DNA of 64,000 nucleotides from Negativicutes bacterium (GTDB taxonomy: Bacteria; Bacillota; Negativicutes; UBA1444). The notes below the pieces were generated by a model, which saw only the letters and a program-made list of their open reading frames with translations, ran no database searches and was not told the DNA's origin. The stretch covers positions 32,001-96,000 of the forward strand of contig CAXXIN010000004.1 in assembly GCA_963665275.2 (NCBI GenBank). Direction: 5' to 3'. Of the stretch, positions 29,910 through 40,376 are shown piece by piece. The stretch's first letter is position 1. Each line of letters starts with the position of its first letter. A program made the translations under genes and the position numbers.

Positions 29910-30500
29910 TCAATTCGATCCGGAAAAATCCCCATATTCTGTTTCACCCGTACTGTTGCCATCGCTATGCGTAAATACTTTTAGAATGGTCAGCCAAAGA
30001 ATCCGCATATCCAAAGAAAAACTGTGATGATCCACATACCATACGTCCAATTCGAATTTTTCCTTCCACGAAACAGAGGTGCGTCCATTGATTTGTGCCC
30101 AACCGGTAATTCCCGGCTTGACGTTATGACGTCGAAACTGTTCTGCGCTGTAGAGCGGCAAATACTCCATTACTAAGGGCCGTGGCCCGACCAGGCTCAT
30201 TTCGCCTTTGATAACATTCACCAATTGAGGTAACTCATCCAAGCTGGTACGGCGTAAAAACTCTCCCAATTTTGTTACCCGCTGCTTATTAGGTAATAGT
30301 TTTCCAGTGGCGTCACAGTCATTTGTCATGGTGCGAAACTTATACATGCAAAATGGTTTCCCATACAATCCTGGCCTGACCGCTCTGAATATCACCGGAG
30401 AGCCTAGTCGCCACCGAACCACTATCGCAATGGTCAACAGGACAGGCGACAGCAATAATAGTGAAAGTGATGCAATAACCAGTTCAATCATCCTTTTCAT
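29910..30500 (-). CDS. initiating phosphoglycosyltransferase (PglC/EpsL-like)
   Basis: KFRTM, LRRTSLDELPQ, SLVGPRP and VKPGITGWAQINGR all intact. Confidence 0.95.
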   Translation of the reverse strand: MKRMIELVIASLSLLLLSPVLLTIAIVVRWRLGSPVIFRAVRPGLYGKPFCMYKFRTMTNDCDATGKLLPNKQRVTKLGEFLRRTSLDELPQLVNVIKGEMSLVGPRPLVMEYLPLYSAEQFRRHNVKPGITGWAQINGRTSVSWKEKFELDVWYVDHHSFSLDMRILWLTILKVFTHSDGNSTGETEYGDFSGSN

Positions 30501-30525
30501 TTATTTGTCACCACCCGAATTCAAC

Positions 30526-31728
30526 TTATGACGATTTGGAAACCAGATCCCAAGAGAATTCAGCTTGCTTGTCCGTCAAACCCTTCAGTCCCATTGTCTG
30601 TAGAATGATGTGATTGACCTTGTTCTCATCGTACTGGGCCTCGGTAATTTCACGGCTTTGAATCCCCATGTCCGTTATCAGTTTAGTGTTTTGGATAAAT
30701 TTTTCCATTGCGATCGCTAACATCTCAGGGTCACGAACAGGAACCAAAAAACCATTGACGCCTTCAACAACCGTTTCCCTGCAACCCGGTGCATCGGAAG
30801 TGATGACCGGTCGCCCCATTGACATCGCCTCCACGATCGACTGCCCCCGCCCTTCACGATAAGAGGGCAACACATAAACGCTAGCGTCTGCAATATATGG
30901 ACGAACGTCATCTGTTGCCCCCTGGTACTCTACAATTCCTTCCTCTTGCCATTTCAATATATCACTGCGTTTAATGGCACTGGGGTTGTTGTCATAAGGT
31001 CCTACGATCCGCCAACTTACATCAGGATATTTCTTTTTTAACAACCGGGCAGCACTGACAAATTCACCGATCCCCTTGTCCCAAAGCAATCTTGCGATAA
31101 CCAGAAATACGATTTTATCTGTTTGGGGCTTTGTATTAGCAAAGTGGTCGATATTGACACCGGACCCATTTACGACAACCGCTTTCTGGCCACCAGGCAA
31201 TATATTTAATTTCTTAAACAGTTCAAGATCGTCAGGATTATGAAAATAGATTTGTTTGTTAAATTTGAAAGTCATTTTATATAGAAGGATAAGAATTTGG
31301 GCAAGTACTTTTTGTCGCCACGTTTCACCAATAAACACATATCCCAGTCCCGTAATCATGGAAAATATGTTCCTGACTCCCGCAATTCGTGCTGCCATGG
31401 ATCCATACACGACTGGTTTGGCTGTATAGGAAAAAACGATATCTGGTTTAAGTTCATTCATTTTTCGAGTTAAATAATACAGCGTGTGTAAATCACGCAG
31501 CGGACTTATTCCTGTGCGATTGAGAGGAATCGGCACATAAGCAACCCCTATGGCTTTCAATCTTTCCGAAACACTCTGAATCATGCTAGTCGCCATCTCT
31601 CCTGCCAAATCGGTTTCGGGAGCCATGGCAAAAACTTCATGCCCTTCTTCAACCATATTTTTAATCATGGCGAAACGAAACTTTACCAATGAATAAGCAT
31701 TGCCGCCAATAATCAAAATCCTGCCCAT
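30526..31728 (-). CDS. GT4 glycosyltransferase (PglA/CapM-like)
   Basis: YTAKPVVYG, ITGLG, NPDD, GSGV, ARLLWDKG and LPSYREG motifs. Confidence 0.92.
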   Translation of the reverse strand: MGRILIIGGNAYSLVKFRFAMIKNMVEEGHEVFAMAPETDLAGEMATSMIQSVSERLKAIGVAYVPIPLNRTGISPLRDLHTLYYLTRKMNELKPDIVFSYTAKPVVYGSMAARIAGVRNIFSMITGLGYVFIGETWRQKVLAQILILLYKMTFKFNKQIYFHNPDDLELFKKLNILPGGQKAVVVNGSGVNIDHFANTKPQTDKIVFLVIARLLWDKGIGEFVSAARLLKKKYPDVSWRIVGPYDNNPSAIKRSDILKWQEEGIVEYQGATDDVRPYIADASVYVLPSYREGRGQSIVEAMSMGRPVITSDAPGCRETVVEGVNGFLVPVRDPEMLAIAMEKFIQNTKLITDMGIQSREITEAQYDENKVNHIILQTMGLKGLTDKQAEFSWDLVSKSS

Positions 31729-32801
31729 AATGCACCCCCATCATCGATAAGTTCGGAATAATCTTGCGCGTGTTGTTGATACCAGTCGGATGCCTCTGCG
31801 AGTCCATCCTTGACGAAATGTGTCGGACTATAACCCAGAAACTGCCTTGCTTTGCTGATTTCAGCGTGTGAATGGCGAATTTCCCCGGGAAGAAAATTGC
31901 GATATTGAGGCGATCCCCAGACCCTAGCCGGATTCGATGATTCAAGCAAATCGCGAATCATTGAAAACAACTCCTGGAGTGTTGTTCTCTCGCCGCATGC
32001 GATATTGTAGACTTCCGACATCGACTCCTGACTGGATACGCATCCTGCCAACAGATTAGCCTGGACAACATTGTCGACATAACAGAAATCTCGACTGGTT
32101 TTACCATCACCATTAATATATGCCACTTCTCCTCTGAGCAAACTGGAAAACCACTTGGGGATCACCGCTGCATAGACGCCATTTGGAGTTTGTCGTCGTC
32201 CGAAAACGTTGAAATATCTAAGTCCAATGCACCGCATATCATATAGGCGGGAAAAAACGCCTGCATATAATTCGTTAACATATTTTGTAACCGCATAAGG
32301 GGATAATGGGGTTCCCAACTGCGCTTCCAGCTTTGGCAGATCCGGACAATCGCCGTATACTGAGCTTGAAGATGCATAGACAAAACTTTGCGCGTGTGAG
32401 TCTCGGGATGCAATCAATATATTTAAAAACCCATCAATATTATTCTGATTCGTTGTCATAGGGTCGGATATTGAACGAGAAACCGAGCCTATTGCTGCTT
32501 GCTGTAAAACTATATTTACTCCTTCACAGACTGATTGGCATACCGCAAGGTCACGGATATCCCCTTCGACGAAGCTGAACCTGGAAGCTTGTTTTACGCT
32601 GACATTATTCAGCACTTCATCAATATTACGTTGATAACCGGTAGAAAAATTGTCGATTCCCACAACAGTTTGATTCAACAGAAGTAACTGCTCAAGAATA
32701 TTGGACCCGATAAACCCCGCAGCTCCAGTGATCAACCATCTCCGCGGTCTTTGGCGCATACTCCTTTTTACCGTTTCGTACGTAGTCTCTATAGCCCCCA
32801 A
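31713..32801 (-). CDS. UDP-GlcNAc(A) C4-epimerase (WbpP/TviC-like)
   Basis: WLITGAAGFIGSN, SPYAVTKYVNELYA, GLRYFNVFG and YAAVIPKW motifs. Confidence 0.92.
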   Translation of the reverse strand: MGAIETTYETVKRSMRQRPRRWLITGAAGFIGSNILEQLLLLNQTVVGIDNFSTGYQRNIDEVLNNVSVKQASRFSFVEGDIRDLAVCQSVCEGVNIVLQQAAIGSVSRSISDPMTTNQNNIDGFLNILIASRDSHAQSFVYASSSSVYGDCPDLPKLEAQLGTPLSPYAVTKYVNELYAGVFSRLYDMRCIGLRYFNVFGRRQTPNGVYAAVIPKWFSSLLRGEVAYINGDGKTSRDFCYVDNVVQANLLAGCVSSQESMSEVYNIACGERTTLQELFSMIRDLLESSNPARVWGSPQYRNFLPGEIRHSHAEISKARQFLGYSPTHFVKDGLAEASDWYQQHAQDYSELIDDGGALWAGF

Positions 32802-34072
32802 TACCTCACCCCCTGTGGGATGTTGCGCGGATCAAATATTGATTTGACATCGACAATGACCCCAGTGTGAGCATTTAGCATCTTAACGAATTCACCAAGG
32901 CCTAATTTCACATATTCTGCGTGAGCAACAGCTAAGACAATTGCATCCAGTTGCTCAAAATCGGACAAATCGCGTAGAACAATGCCATACTCATCCATTG
33001 CAGCTTCTTTATCTGCCGCTGGATCATGCACCAAAGCTTCTATCCCATAACTACGCAATTCATCGACAATATCCGGCACCCGGCTATTACGCAAATCAGG
33101 AACATTTTCCTTAAAAGTTAGCCCGAAAATTCCCACTTTGGCATCAGAAACGATAATATGTTGCTTGGCAATCTTTTTAACCGTCTGCTCGGCTATATAT
33201 TTACCCATACCATCGTTGATCCTTCGTCCAGCTAGGATCACCTGCGGGCTATAGCCAATTTCCTCAGCTTTATAAGTTAAGTAGTAGGGATCGACGCCGA
33301 TGCAATGCCCGCCAACGAGCCCAGGGGTAAAAGGAATGAAATTCCACTTGGTTCCAGCAGCCGCCAATACATCTCGCGTACAAATCCCCATCTTATCAAA
33401 AATGATGGCTAACTCATTCATCAACGCTATATTGAGATCCCTTTGCGTATTTTCGATGACTTTGGCCGCTTCGGCCACTCTTATACTGGAAGCCCGAAAA
33501 ATGCCGACATCGACAACTGCGCTGTAAACTTGTGCAATGATATCCAGAGTCTGTTCATCTTCTCCCGATACCACTTTTACGATAGTTTCCAGTCGATGCG
33601 CTTTGTCGTGGGGATTGATTCGTTCTGGAGAATAACCCAGTTTGAAGTCAACGCTCCTTTTCAGTCCCGAAACCCGCGATAAAACCGGGCCGCAGATTTC
33701 TTCCGTAACTCCAGGGTAAACGGTCGACTCATAAACAATGATTGATCCTGGCCTCATAACACTGCCGACCAGTTCTGACGCCTTAATCATCGCATGCAAA
33801 TCGGGACAATTTGCTTTATTAATGGGAGTTGGAACTGCAACCACAAAAAAATCAACATTTTCAAGATCCCGAACATTTGATGTGAATTTTAATGCGGTTG
33901 ACTGCAGGTCAGCCTTTTCAATTTCGCCGGTATTATCAATTCCGCCGCTCAGTGCGCTAATTTTCTTGGAATTGATGTCGAAACCGACAACCTCTTTAAA
34001 CTTGCGTGCAAAAGCGATTGCAACCGGCAGGCCGACATACCCCAACCCGATGATGCCAATTTTACGTTCCAT
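32789..34072 (-). CDS. UDP-HexNAc 6-dehydrogenase (WbpO/TviB-like)
   Basis: GLGYVGLP, ESTVYPGVTEE, GYSPERINP and PGLVGGHCIGVDPYY motifs. Confidence 0.94.
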   Translation of the reverse strand: MERKIGIIGLGYVGLPVAIAFARKFKEVVGFDINSKKISALSGGIDNTGEIEKADLQSTALKFTSNVRDLENVDFFVVAVPTPINKANCPDLHAMIKASELVGSVMRPGSIIVYESTVYPGVTEEICGPVLSRVSGLKRSVDFKLGYSPERINPHDKAHRLETIVKVVSGEDEQTLDIIAQVYSAVVDVGIFRASSIRVAEAAKVIENTQRDLNIALMNELAIIFDKMGICTRDVLAAAGTKWNFIPFTPGLVGGHCIGVDPYYLTYKAEEIGYSPQVILAGRRINDGMGKYIAEQTVKKIAKQHIIVSDAKVGIFGLTFKENVPDLRNSRVPDIVDELRSYGIEALVHDPAADKEAAMDEYGIVLRDLSDFEQLDAIVLAVAHAEYVKLGLGEFVKMLNAHTGVIVDVKSIFDPRNIPQGVRYWGL

Positions 34073-34088
34073 ATCGATACCTCCTGCA

Positions 34089-35486
34089 TTACTCTTGGGT
34101 ATAGCGGATAAAAGCTTTTGTTTCAGTCGGGACCGGCAAATACGTCAAATTTCCTTTCAGAACCGGGTTGATAATGGATAAATTACTCACCTGGTGGCCC
34201 GGTAGGTCCCATATATGAAAAGCAGCAACAGTTCTGGGAATAACACTGGTATCGGCAATCACCGGTCGTTCAATTGTTATGTTCCCGATGCCGCCATTTT
34301 CATTTAACGGATCATCTTTAAAGCTGTATATATCAATAGCAGCCCCTCGCGTACCTTGATTTGCATTGGTAATACTTGCCCGCATAATTTCGATGTGAAA
34401 AGATCGATGGTCGTGGGACTGAATGGCTATAGCATTTCTCTTTGAATTTCGCCAGTCAGCATCTTCAACGATCAAGCTTCCAGGCACAATTCCTTTACTG
34501 GAAATCTGCATTCCACGGTCGCTCCCGTCATCCTGATGATTAATCACTTTGATACTGACAGCGTTGTGTGAGCCGGATAACGCGCCTGTATTGACAAGAA
34601 GCCCGGCGCCTTGGTTTCCGGCCGTATAAAGATCAGCAATCACAATATTGTCCAAAACATTTCGCATGTCACTGGGTTCGATATCAATTCCGGCCGAGGG
34701 AGCTGTTCCGTGAGTGTTCGTTATCTTGGCGCCAGCGATTTCTATGTTGCGTCCGCTGATCAGTGACAAGCCCTGGCGCCGGTTCTGATCGGCCTTTATT
34801 CCAATGATCCGAATGTTTTCACTAGGCCTTCCGATATCGCCCTCGCCAATATAGAAGCCATCGCCCCAAAATTCATTACAAACGGTTTCCTGAACAAGAA
34901 TATTTTTGGATCCGGTTATGCGGATCCCCATTCCCCATTCGCCGCTTCGCCCCAAATGCTGCCCTCGGTCTCCCAGCAAAACGCCACTAATTATCCGAAC
35001 ATTTTCAAGGCCATCTACGGCGAGAACCGCATACTTTTCAGCATTATTGGGAATAACTCTCAGGATAGTTTCCGGTGTCATCTGAAGCGTTATCCCGTTT
35101 TTCAGCTTTATTGACTCCACCGCATCCACCATATAGGTCCCTGCAGGAATAAATACGGTGGCTCCCGTCTCGAAAGCATCACTAATAGCGGCCAAAATGG
35201 CTGCGGTATCGTTGGTTTTCCCATCGCCCTTCGCTCCAAAAAAATTGACATTTATCATTTTTGCGTCAGATAACGCGCCTCCATCTATACCAACAATCAA
35301 GTTTCCGCCAAGGTTGGAACTGTAATTATACGAGACGTTTGGCGCCGATTTCGCCCGCATAAGGTCGGATGTTTTCATGCCGATTTCTGCAACTTCCAGC
35401 AGCCAGATTCCGCTTGCGAAAAAGGCAACCGCTGTAATGACGATCATCGTACTTAGCTTTGTTGCGTATTTATCCAACAGTTCCAT
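34089..35486 (-). CDS. membrane-anchored or secreted right-handed beta-helix protein, paralogue of 16231..17658
   Basis: N-terminal hydrophobic helix; FGAKGDGKTNDTAAI, WGDGFYI, NRRQGLS and AGIDIEP motifs. Confidence 0.85.
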   Translation of the reverse strand: MELLDKYATKLSTMIVITAVAFFASGIWLLEVAEIGMKTSDLMRAKSAPNVSYNYSSNLGGNLIVGIDGGALSDAKMINVNFFGAKGDGKTNDTAAILAAISDAFETGATVFIPAGTYMVDAVESIKLKNGITLQMTPETILRVIPNNAEKYAVLAVDGLENVRIISGVLLGDRGQHLGRSGEWGMGIRITGSKNILVQETVCNEFWGDGFYIGEGDIGRPSENIRIIGIKADQNRRQGLSLISGRNIEIAGAKITNTHGTAPSAGIDIEPSDMRNVLDNIVIADLYTAGNQGAGLLVNTGALSGSHNAVSIKVINHQDDGSDRGMQISSKGIVPGSLIVEDADWRNSKRNAIAIQSHDHRSFHIEIMRASITNANQGTRGAAIDIYSFKDDPLNENGGIGNITIERPVIADTSVIPRTVAAFHIWDLPGHQVSNLSIINPVLKGNLTYLPVPTETKAFIRYTQE

Positions 35487-35520
35487 CTCATTCCCTCCTT
35501 CGGATGCCTCTATTCCCTGC

Positions 35521-36762
35521 TCAAGGAATGATTTTGCGCGCTAAAGCATACGAACTTTGCCGGGTTTCATCTCTCATTGCTTCACTATTGTTTTGGCAAT
35601 ATGTCTTAAAATCGAGCCAGAACCCCTGCCGAATATCATGCAACGTTTCGCTCTCAAAAGCAGTTGCTTTATGAAAATTGATTGCGGCCTGGCTTGCCAT
35701 CCATCGTTTATCATTGATTACGGTTTCCAATTTTCTGGCTAAAGCGCCAGCATCTCCAGGCTTATGAAGACACTCATTGTCCAAAAGTTCAGGTATGCCC
35801 CCGACATTTGATCCCAAAGCCGGGCAGCCACGACTCATCGCTTCAACTAAAGCTCGGGGCAGCCCTTCCACCAGACTCGGCTGAATATACAAATCCATCT
35901 CGTCCAGCCATGAATTCACTGCCGCGCCGCTTGTAAGGATCCCGCAAAACATAGTCTGTGAATCAACTCCGTAATATTTCGCCACGTCACGCCATCTTTG
36001 CGGATCTCCTCCGCCTAAGATGTCAAATTCGAAATCTGGCAACCGATCTCTAATCATCCCCAATGCTTTCAACGCCGTTTCGATTCCTTTATGGGAGTGC
36101 ACAAGCGAGCCGATAAGTCCAATTTTGAATACAGCTTTCGATTGATCGATCTTTCTCAGACGCATCTCCAGTATCTCCTGATCTATTTTCCCCAGCTGTA
36201 CGTCGGAACAACCTACAGAATGACCCTGGCACGGATAGCGATTTTGCAGAAATTTTTGCGTCACATACAGTGCGTAGGGAGCCTTGTGAATCATTTTTCG
36301 AATTTTATAAGCTGCGAAAGGTGCATATAATTTTCCTCGCCAACTTCCATGATGCCACATGGCGTCAAATGCACAACCAACCACTTCAACAGCCCATGGT
36401 TTATGTATTTTTTCAGCAATTCGGGATGCCAGCAGGCCGATTGCGCTGGTACGGACAATTAGTGCGTCGCAATTCACCAAAGCTTCCCGGATTTTTCGTT
36501 CCGCTTCTCTGTGAGCAAAAAGCATGGACCAAGGGTTACTGATGGAGGGAACTTCCACGAAACTTACCTTGGGTCCGTTTGATAAATCCATACTTTCAAT
36601 TTTTTCCCACGGATGCATTTTGCGCACCCGTCCCACAACCACCAATTCATCAAAGACTTCCAGATATCGCTGCCAGAGACGATATGGAAAATGGCCGGGT
36701 GAATAATACTTCCCTGTTGCGTCGCGACAAAACTTATGCTCATAAGCAAACATTGCCTTCAT
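35521..36762 (-). CDS. GT4 glycosyltransferase
   Basis: EVVGC, YVTQKFLQNRYP and QPSLVEGLPRALVEAMSRG motifs. Confidence 0.9.
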   Translation of the reverse strand: MKAMFAYEHKFCRDATGKYYSPGHFPYRLWQRYLEVFDELVVVGRVRKMHPWEKIESMDLSNGPKVSFVEVPSISNPWSMLFAHREAERKIREALVNCDALIVRTSAIGLLASRIAEKIHKPWAVEVVGCAFDAMWHHGSWRGKLYAPFAAYKIRKMIHKAPYALYVTQKFLQNRYPCQGHSVGCSDVQLGKIDQEILEMRLRKIDQSKAVFKIGLIGSLVHSHKGIETALKALGMIRDRLPDFEFDILGGGDPQRWRDVAKYYGVDSQTMFCGILTSGAAVNSWLDEMDLYIQPSLVEGLPRALVEAMSRGCPALGSNVGGIPELLDNECLHKPGDAGALARKLETVINDKRWMASQAAINFHKATAFESETLHDIRQGFWLDFKTYCQNNSEAMRDETRQSSYALARKIIP

Positions 36763-38036
36763 TGGAGTTCACGCTCCATTCCCTGATTGACCGGTTTGCG
36801 GATTTGCCCCCCATTAAACAGGATGCCTGCCATCAACAGGAACGTCATGTTAATGCCATTTCCCAAGGTACCAAACACATTTTCGGCCAGCCCCAGAATT
36901 AGAAAGTTGCTGACTATCAAAAGCGGTCCTATGGCATATCCGTCCTGTCTGATGTCGTGGAATAAACGCTGAACGGCAAGAAACAAGGTTGTAATGTGAA
37001 CCGCTATCATGAACAATGCTGCAAGAGGCCCCTTCGTCGCCAGTATCATGATGTAGCTGTTATGAGCGGGTTCCTCATAGAAATAGCTGTTTCCCATACC
37101 CAAAACTTGTACATCCTCAAGCGCGGACTTCCAAATATACATTCTGCCGCTCGTCACATCACCCTGAGTTATTTTATTGAAAAACTTACCCAATAAAGTA
37201 TCCACGATATTACTTCCATAGGTACTCATGGCCGCGTTGTAGAGTGCATAGAACACTGCCATCATAAATCCGATGATTGAAATCGCTAATGCAAGGCGGT
37301 GCTTCGATGCATCGAAAAATAGTGTTCCGACAAATACCAGGTAATACATAAGGAAAAATGTAATGAAACTGGTGCGGGAACCTGAGAAAGTGATGAGAAT
37401 GAATGAAGCGATCAAACAAAGTCCGAGCGCGCCAACCCAAAAAGTTCTCAAAAAAGTTCTTCTGCTTTGGTTTAAACTTCCTCTCAGCAATCCAAAGAGC
37501 GCCGCAGAAAAGGTCGATATAACCATTCCGAACATGTTGGAGTTTTCAAAAACGCCGGCATATGGAAAAAACAACGGGTACTTAAATAACGAAACTATGA
37601 TATAGGGTGCAAACGCCAGTGCTGTCGCGGACATGACCATAATGTTTCCATATCTGTTGGCAGTTCTGGGAAAAGCAGTGAAAAAAACCAATGGGACTCC
37701 TACCAATTGCCACAATTCCGCTAGCAATGGATCGCGATGGTTCATTGCGGAAACGATGGACATCATCGCGAAACCTGTCCAGAAAAACAGCGATAGCAAT
37801 CTCCAGTTTGAAAACTTGCCGATCCGGAACCCGGACAACAAGAACATTGCAGCGATGACTGCCCCCGCTGCCGGCATGCGATAGGCCGGTGGCGCAGCGG
37901 GATTATACATGGCTGAAGTCGACAATATTCCAATCAATCCTGCTGCCAGACCTGTCAACAACATTTTGTTGATGCCAAAGCTCTCCATCTCACCTGATGC
38001 ATAGTTTGTGACACTTGTCTTTTCTATCTCGCTCAC
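36759..38036 (-). CDS. Wzy polymerase/O-antigen ligase family membrane protein
   Basis: about 11-12 TM segments; SGSRT, SGRMYIW and AHNSY motifs. Confidence 0.85.
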   Translation of the reverse strand: MSEIEKTSVTNYASGEMESFGINKMLLTGLAAGLIGILSTSAMYNPAAPPAYRMPAAGAVIAAMFLLSGFRIGKFSNWRLLSLFFWTGFAMMSIVSAMNHRDPLLAELWQLVGVPLVFFTAFPRTANRYGNIMVMSATALAFAPYIIVSLFKYPLFFPYAGVFENSNMFGMVISTFSAALFGLLRGSLNQSRRTFLRTFWVGALGLCLIASFILITFSGSRTSFITFFLMYYLVFVGTLFFDASKHRLALAISIIGFMMAVFYALYNAAMSTYGSNIVDTLLGKFFNKITQGDVTSGRMYIWKSALEDVQVLGMGNSYFYEEPAHNSYIMILATKGPLAALFMIAVHITTLFLAVQRLFHDIRQDGYAIGPLLIVSNFLILGLAENVFGTLGNGINMTFLLMAGILFNGGQIRKPVNQGMERELQ

Positions 38037-39070
38037 AATGCGCTCTCCTTCCGTGATAATTTCACCGAAGTTTTAGGTTGGGTGAAAGTCTTTTTAGTTT
38101 TCACTTTTGCAAGCCTGACTTTGGCAAGAGTACGGGGCCCAATCAAACCGGCCATCCAGATCACCCAACCAGACAGATCGCCGGGATAGGAGCTAACATA
38201 TTCTATCGACAGTTTGCTCCCCTTCCAACGCTGACCTGCGAGAAAACTGAACAGGAGCTGCATCTTGCGAAAAACGTGATACCTTCTGGGAGCGTATTTA
38301 CGAAGCGTTGTCCCGTGACGAGCTAATAAATACTCAGCTGCCGCCAAGTGTTCGGGGGCGTCACGAACAATTTTGTTCACTTTCTCACGTCCGGAAGAAG
38401 AAGTAATCCGGTTTTCACTGTCCAAATATTTGAAACCCACAGTTTCCGGAATCAGGCGTATTTTATATTGTTGCGTGAAATCCAGAAGATAGGGGCTTTC
38501 ATAGGCGCGGCTATCAGGGAACTTAACAAAATCGAAAGTTGAGCGCCGGGTGCATTGAACCCAGTCTGAAAGAACAAGATCATTACGGAACTTCATATAG
38601 CCGATGTAATCCAGCACGCACTCTTGGGGTATCGGTTCAGGCGATATTCTCCCGTCTTCACGATCAAAGAGAAATCCCAGTTGCGCAATTTCTGCAGGAC
38701 AGTTCACCGCTTCTGCCCATATTTTTCGCAACGCTCCCGGCAAGAATATGTCGTCACTGTCCAGGAAAACAATCCACTCTCCCAGGCTATGGGAGCTCCC
38801 AGTATTACGCGCCGGAGAAACATTGCGGTTCACTGCATGGCGAACCAACCTCACTCTGCTATCTTTTACCGCTTCAACAGCTACAGTTGTTTGATCGGTA
38901 GATGCATCATCCACAACAACCACTTCAAAGTCTGTGAAGGATTGATTCAAACAACTATTAATGGCCCTCACAATTTCTTTTTCGCGATTAAATGCTGGAA
39001 TTACAATACTGAAAAACGGTTTATGTTCAGCCGCATGTTCCATATTGATATTCCCTCCATGTTTAACCAT
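38033..39070 (-). CDS. GT2 glycosyltransferase
   Basis: SIVIPAFNR, VVVDDASTD, ARNTG and FLDSDD motifs. Confidence 0.93.
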   Translation of the reverse strand: MVKHGGNINMEHAAEHKPFFSIVIPAFNREKEIVRAINSCLNQSFTDFEVVVVDDASTDQTTVAVEAVKDSRVRLVRHAVNRNVSPARNTGSSHSLGEWIVFLDSDDIFLPGALRKIWAEAVNCPAEIAQLGFLFDREDGRISPEPIPQECVLDYIGYMKFRNDLVLSDWVQCTRRSTFDFVKFPDSRAYESPYLLDFTQQYKIRLIPETVGFKYLDSENRITSSSGREKVNKIVRDAPEHLAAAEYLLARHGTTLRKYAPRRYHVFRKMQLLFSFLAGQRWKGSKLSIEYVSSYPGDLSGWVIWMAGLIGPRTLAKVRLAKVKTKKTFTQPKTSVKLSRKESAL

Positions 39071-40376
39071 TCACTAGACTTGGCTCCGTTGTTTTTTTAA
39101 TTCGATATCCTGCAAACAGATACATTGCCAGAGATACCAAGTGTGCTGCCATATAGGCCCAAGCCAATCCCAGGGCTCCGTAATCCGCAACAGTAAATAA
39201 TGTTATCGATACCAAAATAAGACTCCAACAGACAATGACTTGGAACTGCCACCAGATCCTTCCGTAAGCCAGCAGGGGCTGATAAAAAGTGTTGGCCATC
39301 ACCTCAACTATGGATACCACAGCAATCAAAACCGCCACGTCCGATCCACCGGAAAACCCTTTACCAAAAACCGCAAGCAGCTTTGGCGCTGTCAGTGCAA
39401 GCAATCCGGCAATACCCGTTGATGCAATTGCCGATATTAGTACGTTGAATGCAAATACTTTTGAATAACTGGACGTTTTTTTTTCACCTACAAGATTGCA
39501 TAAAACCGGTGTAACCACGCGGGTAACCAAACCAGGCACAAACATGATCAGGGAACGAAAAGATGCTGCGGCTGTGAATATAGCCATTTGGACCAATCCA
39601 TCCGGTTGGCGAACCATATAAGCATTGCAGCCCCATACGGCAATGGAACCAATAAATCCCGAAAGAGCCGTTGGAAAGGCAAAATTGATCAGTACTGCCT
39701 TCTCCTGAAACATGTCTCGATAAGAAATAACTATCTGGTGCTTATGGAGTTGTTCTTTTATGGCCGAATGATTAAGGTACCAATTCAATAAAGCTGCCGC
39801 GCCCAGTGATAAAGTCGCCCCTGTCAGTCCCCACAATGATGTCATCAAATAGGTAAGCAGGAAAGCTCCAACCGCCTGTCCAAGATTAACTCTGGCCAAT
39901 TTGGCAAATGATTCAAAACCAGTCAGCAGGCCAACTTGATATTCATTCAGCGTAATGAAAAAAATGTAGATAGCCGCAAGGCGCAAATGATCGGAAATCT
40001 GAGGGGCGTTAAAGCTATATTCAGCGAGCTGCCCGGCAAAGATTAAAAGTGTCACTGCGAAAAAACCGCCGGTTCCGATTGTTATTACTGAGCAGAGTCC
40101 CAGTATTTTACCCAGTCTTGTTGTGTCCGCATCCCGAAGCTCAGCAACATATTTTGTAGCCGCAATTCCTATACCCATGCCGGCCACACCTGCCATCATG
40201 ATCACAGTGCTTCTGATAATCGAAAAGGCTCCAAACTGATCCATACCCAACAATCGCGCCGCTACAACCGTTGATGCGAAGTTGCTTGCAGAAACCACAA
40301 CTGACAGTACAACTGTCCACTTGATGCCGGTAACAAGACGCTCTTTCAGCTTTTCGGCTCCCATTCGACTGTTCAA
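39063..40376 (-). CDS. wzx: Wzx/MOP-family oligosaccharide flippase
   Basis: polytopic; ARLLGMDQFG and YGALGLAWA motifs. Confidence 0.88.
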   Translation of the reverse strand: MNSRMGAEKLKERLVTGIKWTVVLSVVVSASNFASTVVAARLLGMDQFGAFSIIRSTVIMMAGVAGMGIGIAATKYVAELRDADTTRLGKILGLCSVITIGTGGFFAVTLLIFAGQLAEYSFNAPQISDHLRLAAIYIFFITLNEYQVGLLTGFESFAKLARVNLGQAVGAFLLTYLMTSLWGLTGATLSLGAAALLNWYLNHSAIKEQLHKHQIVISYRDMFQEKAVLINFAFPTALSGFIGSIAVWGCNAYMVRQPDGLVQMAIFTAAASFRSLIMFVPGLVTRVVTPVLCNLVGEKKTSSYSKVFAFNVLISAIASTGIAGLLALTAPKLLAVFGKGFSGGSDVAVLIAVVSIVEVMANTFYQPLLAYGRIWWQFQVIVCWSLILVSITLFTVADYGALGLAWAYMAAHLVSLAMYLFAGYRIKKTTEPSLVNG

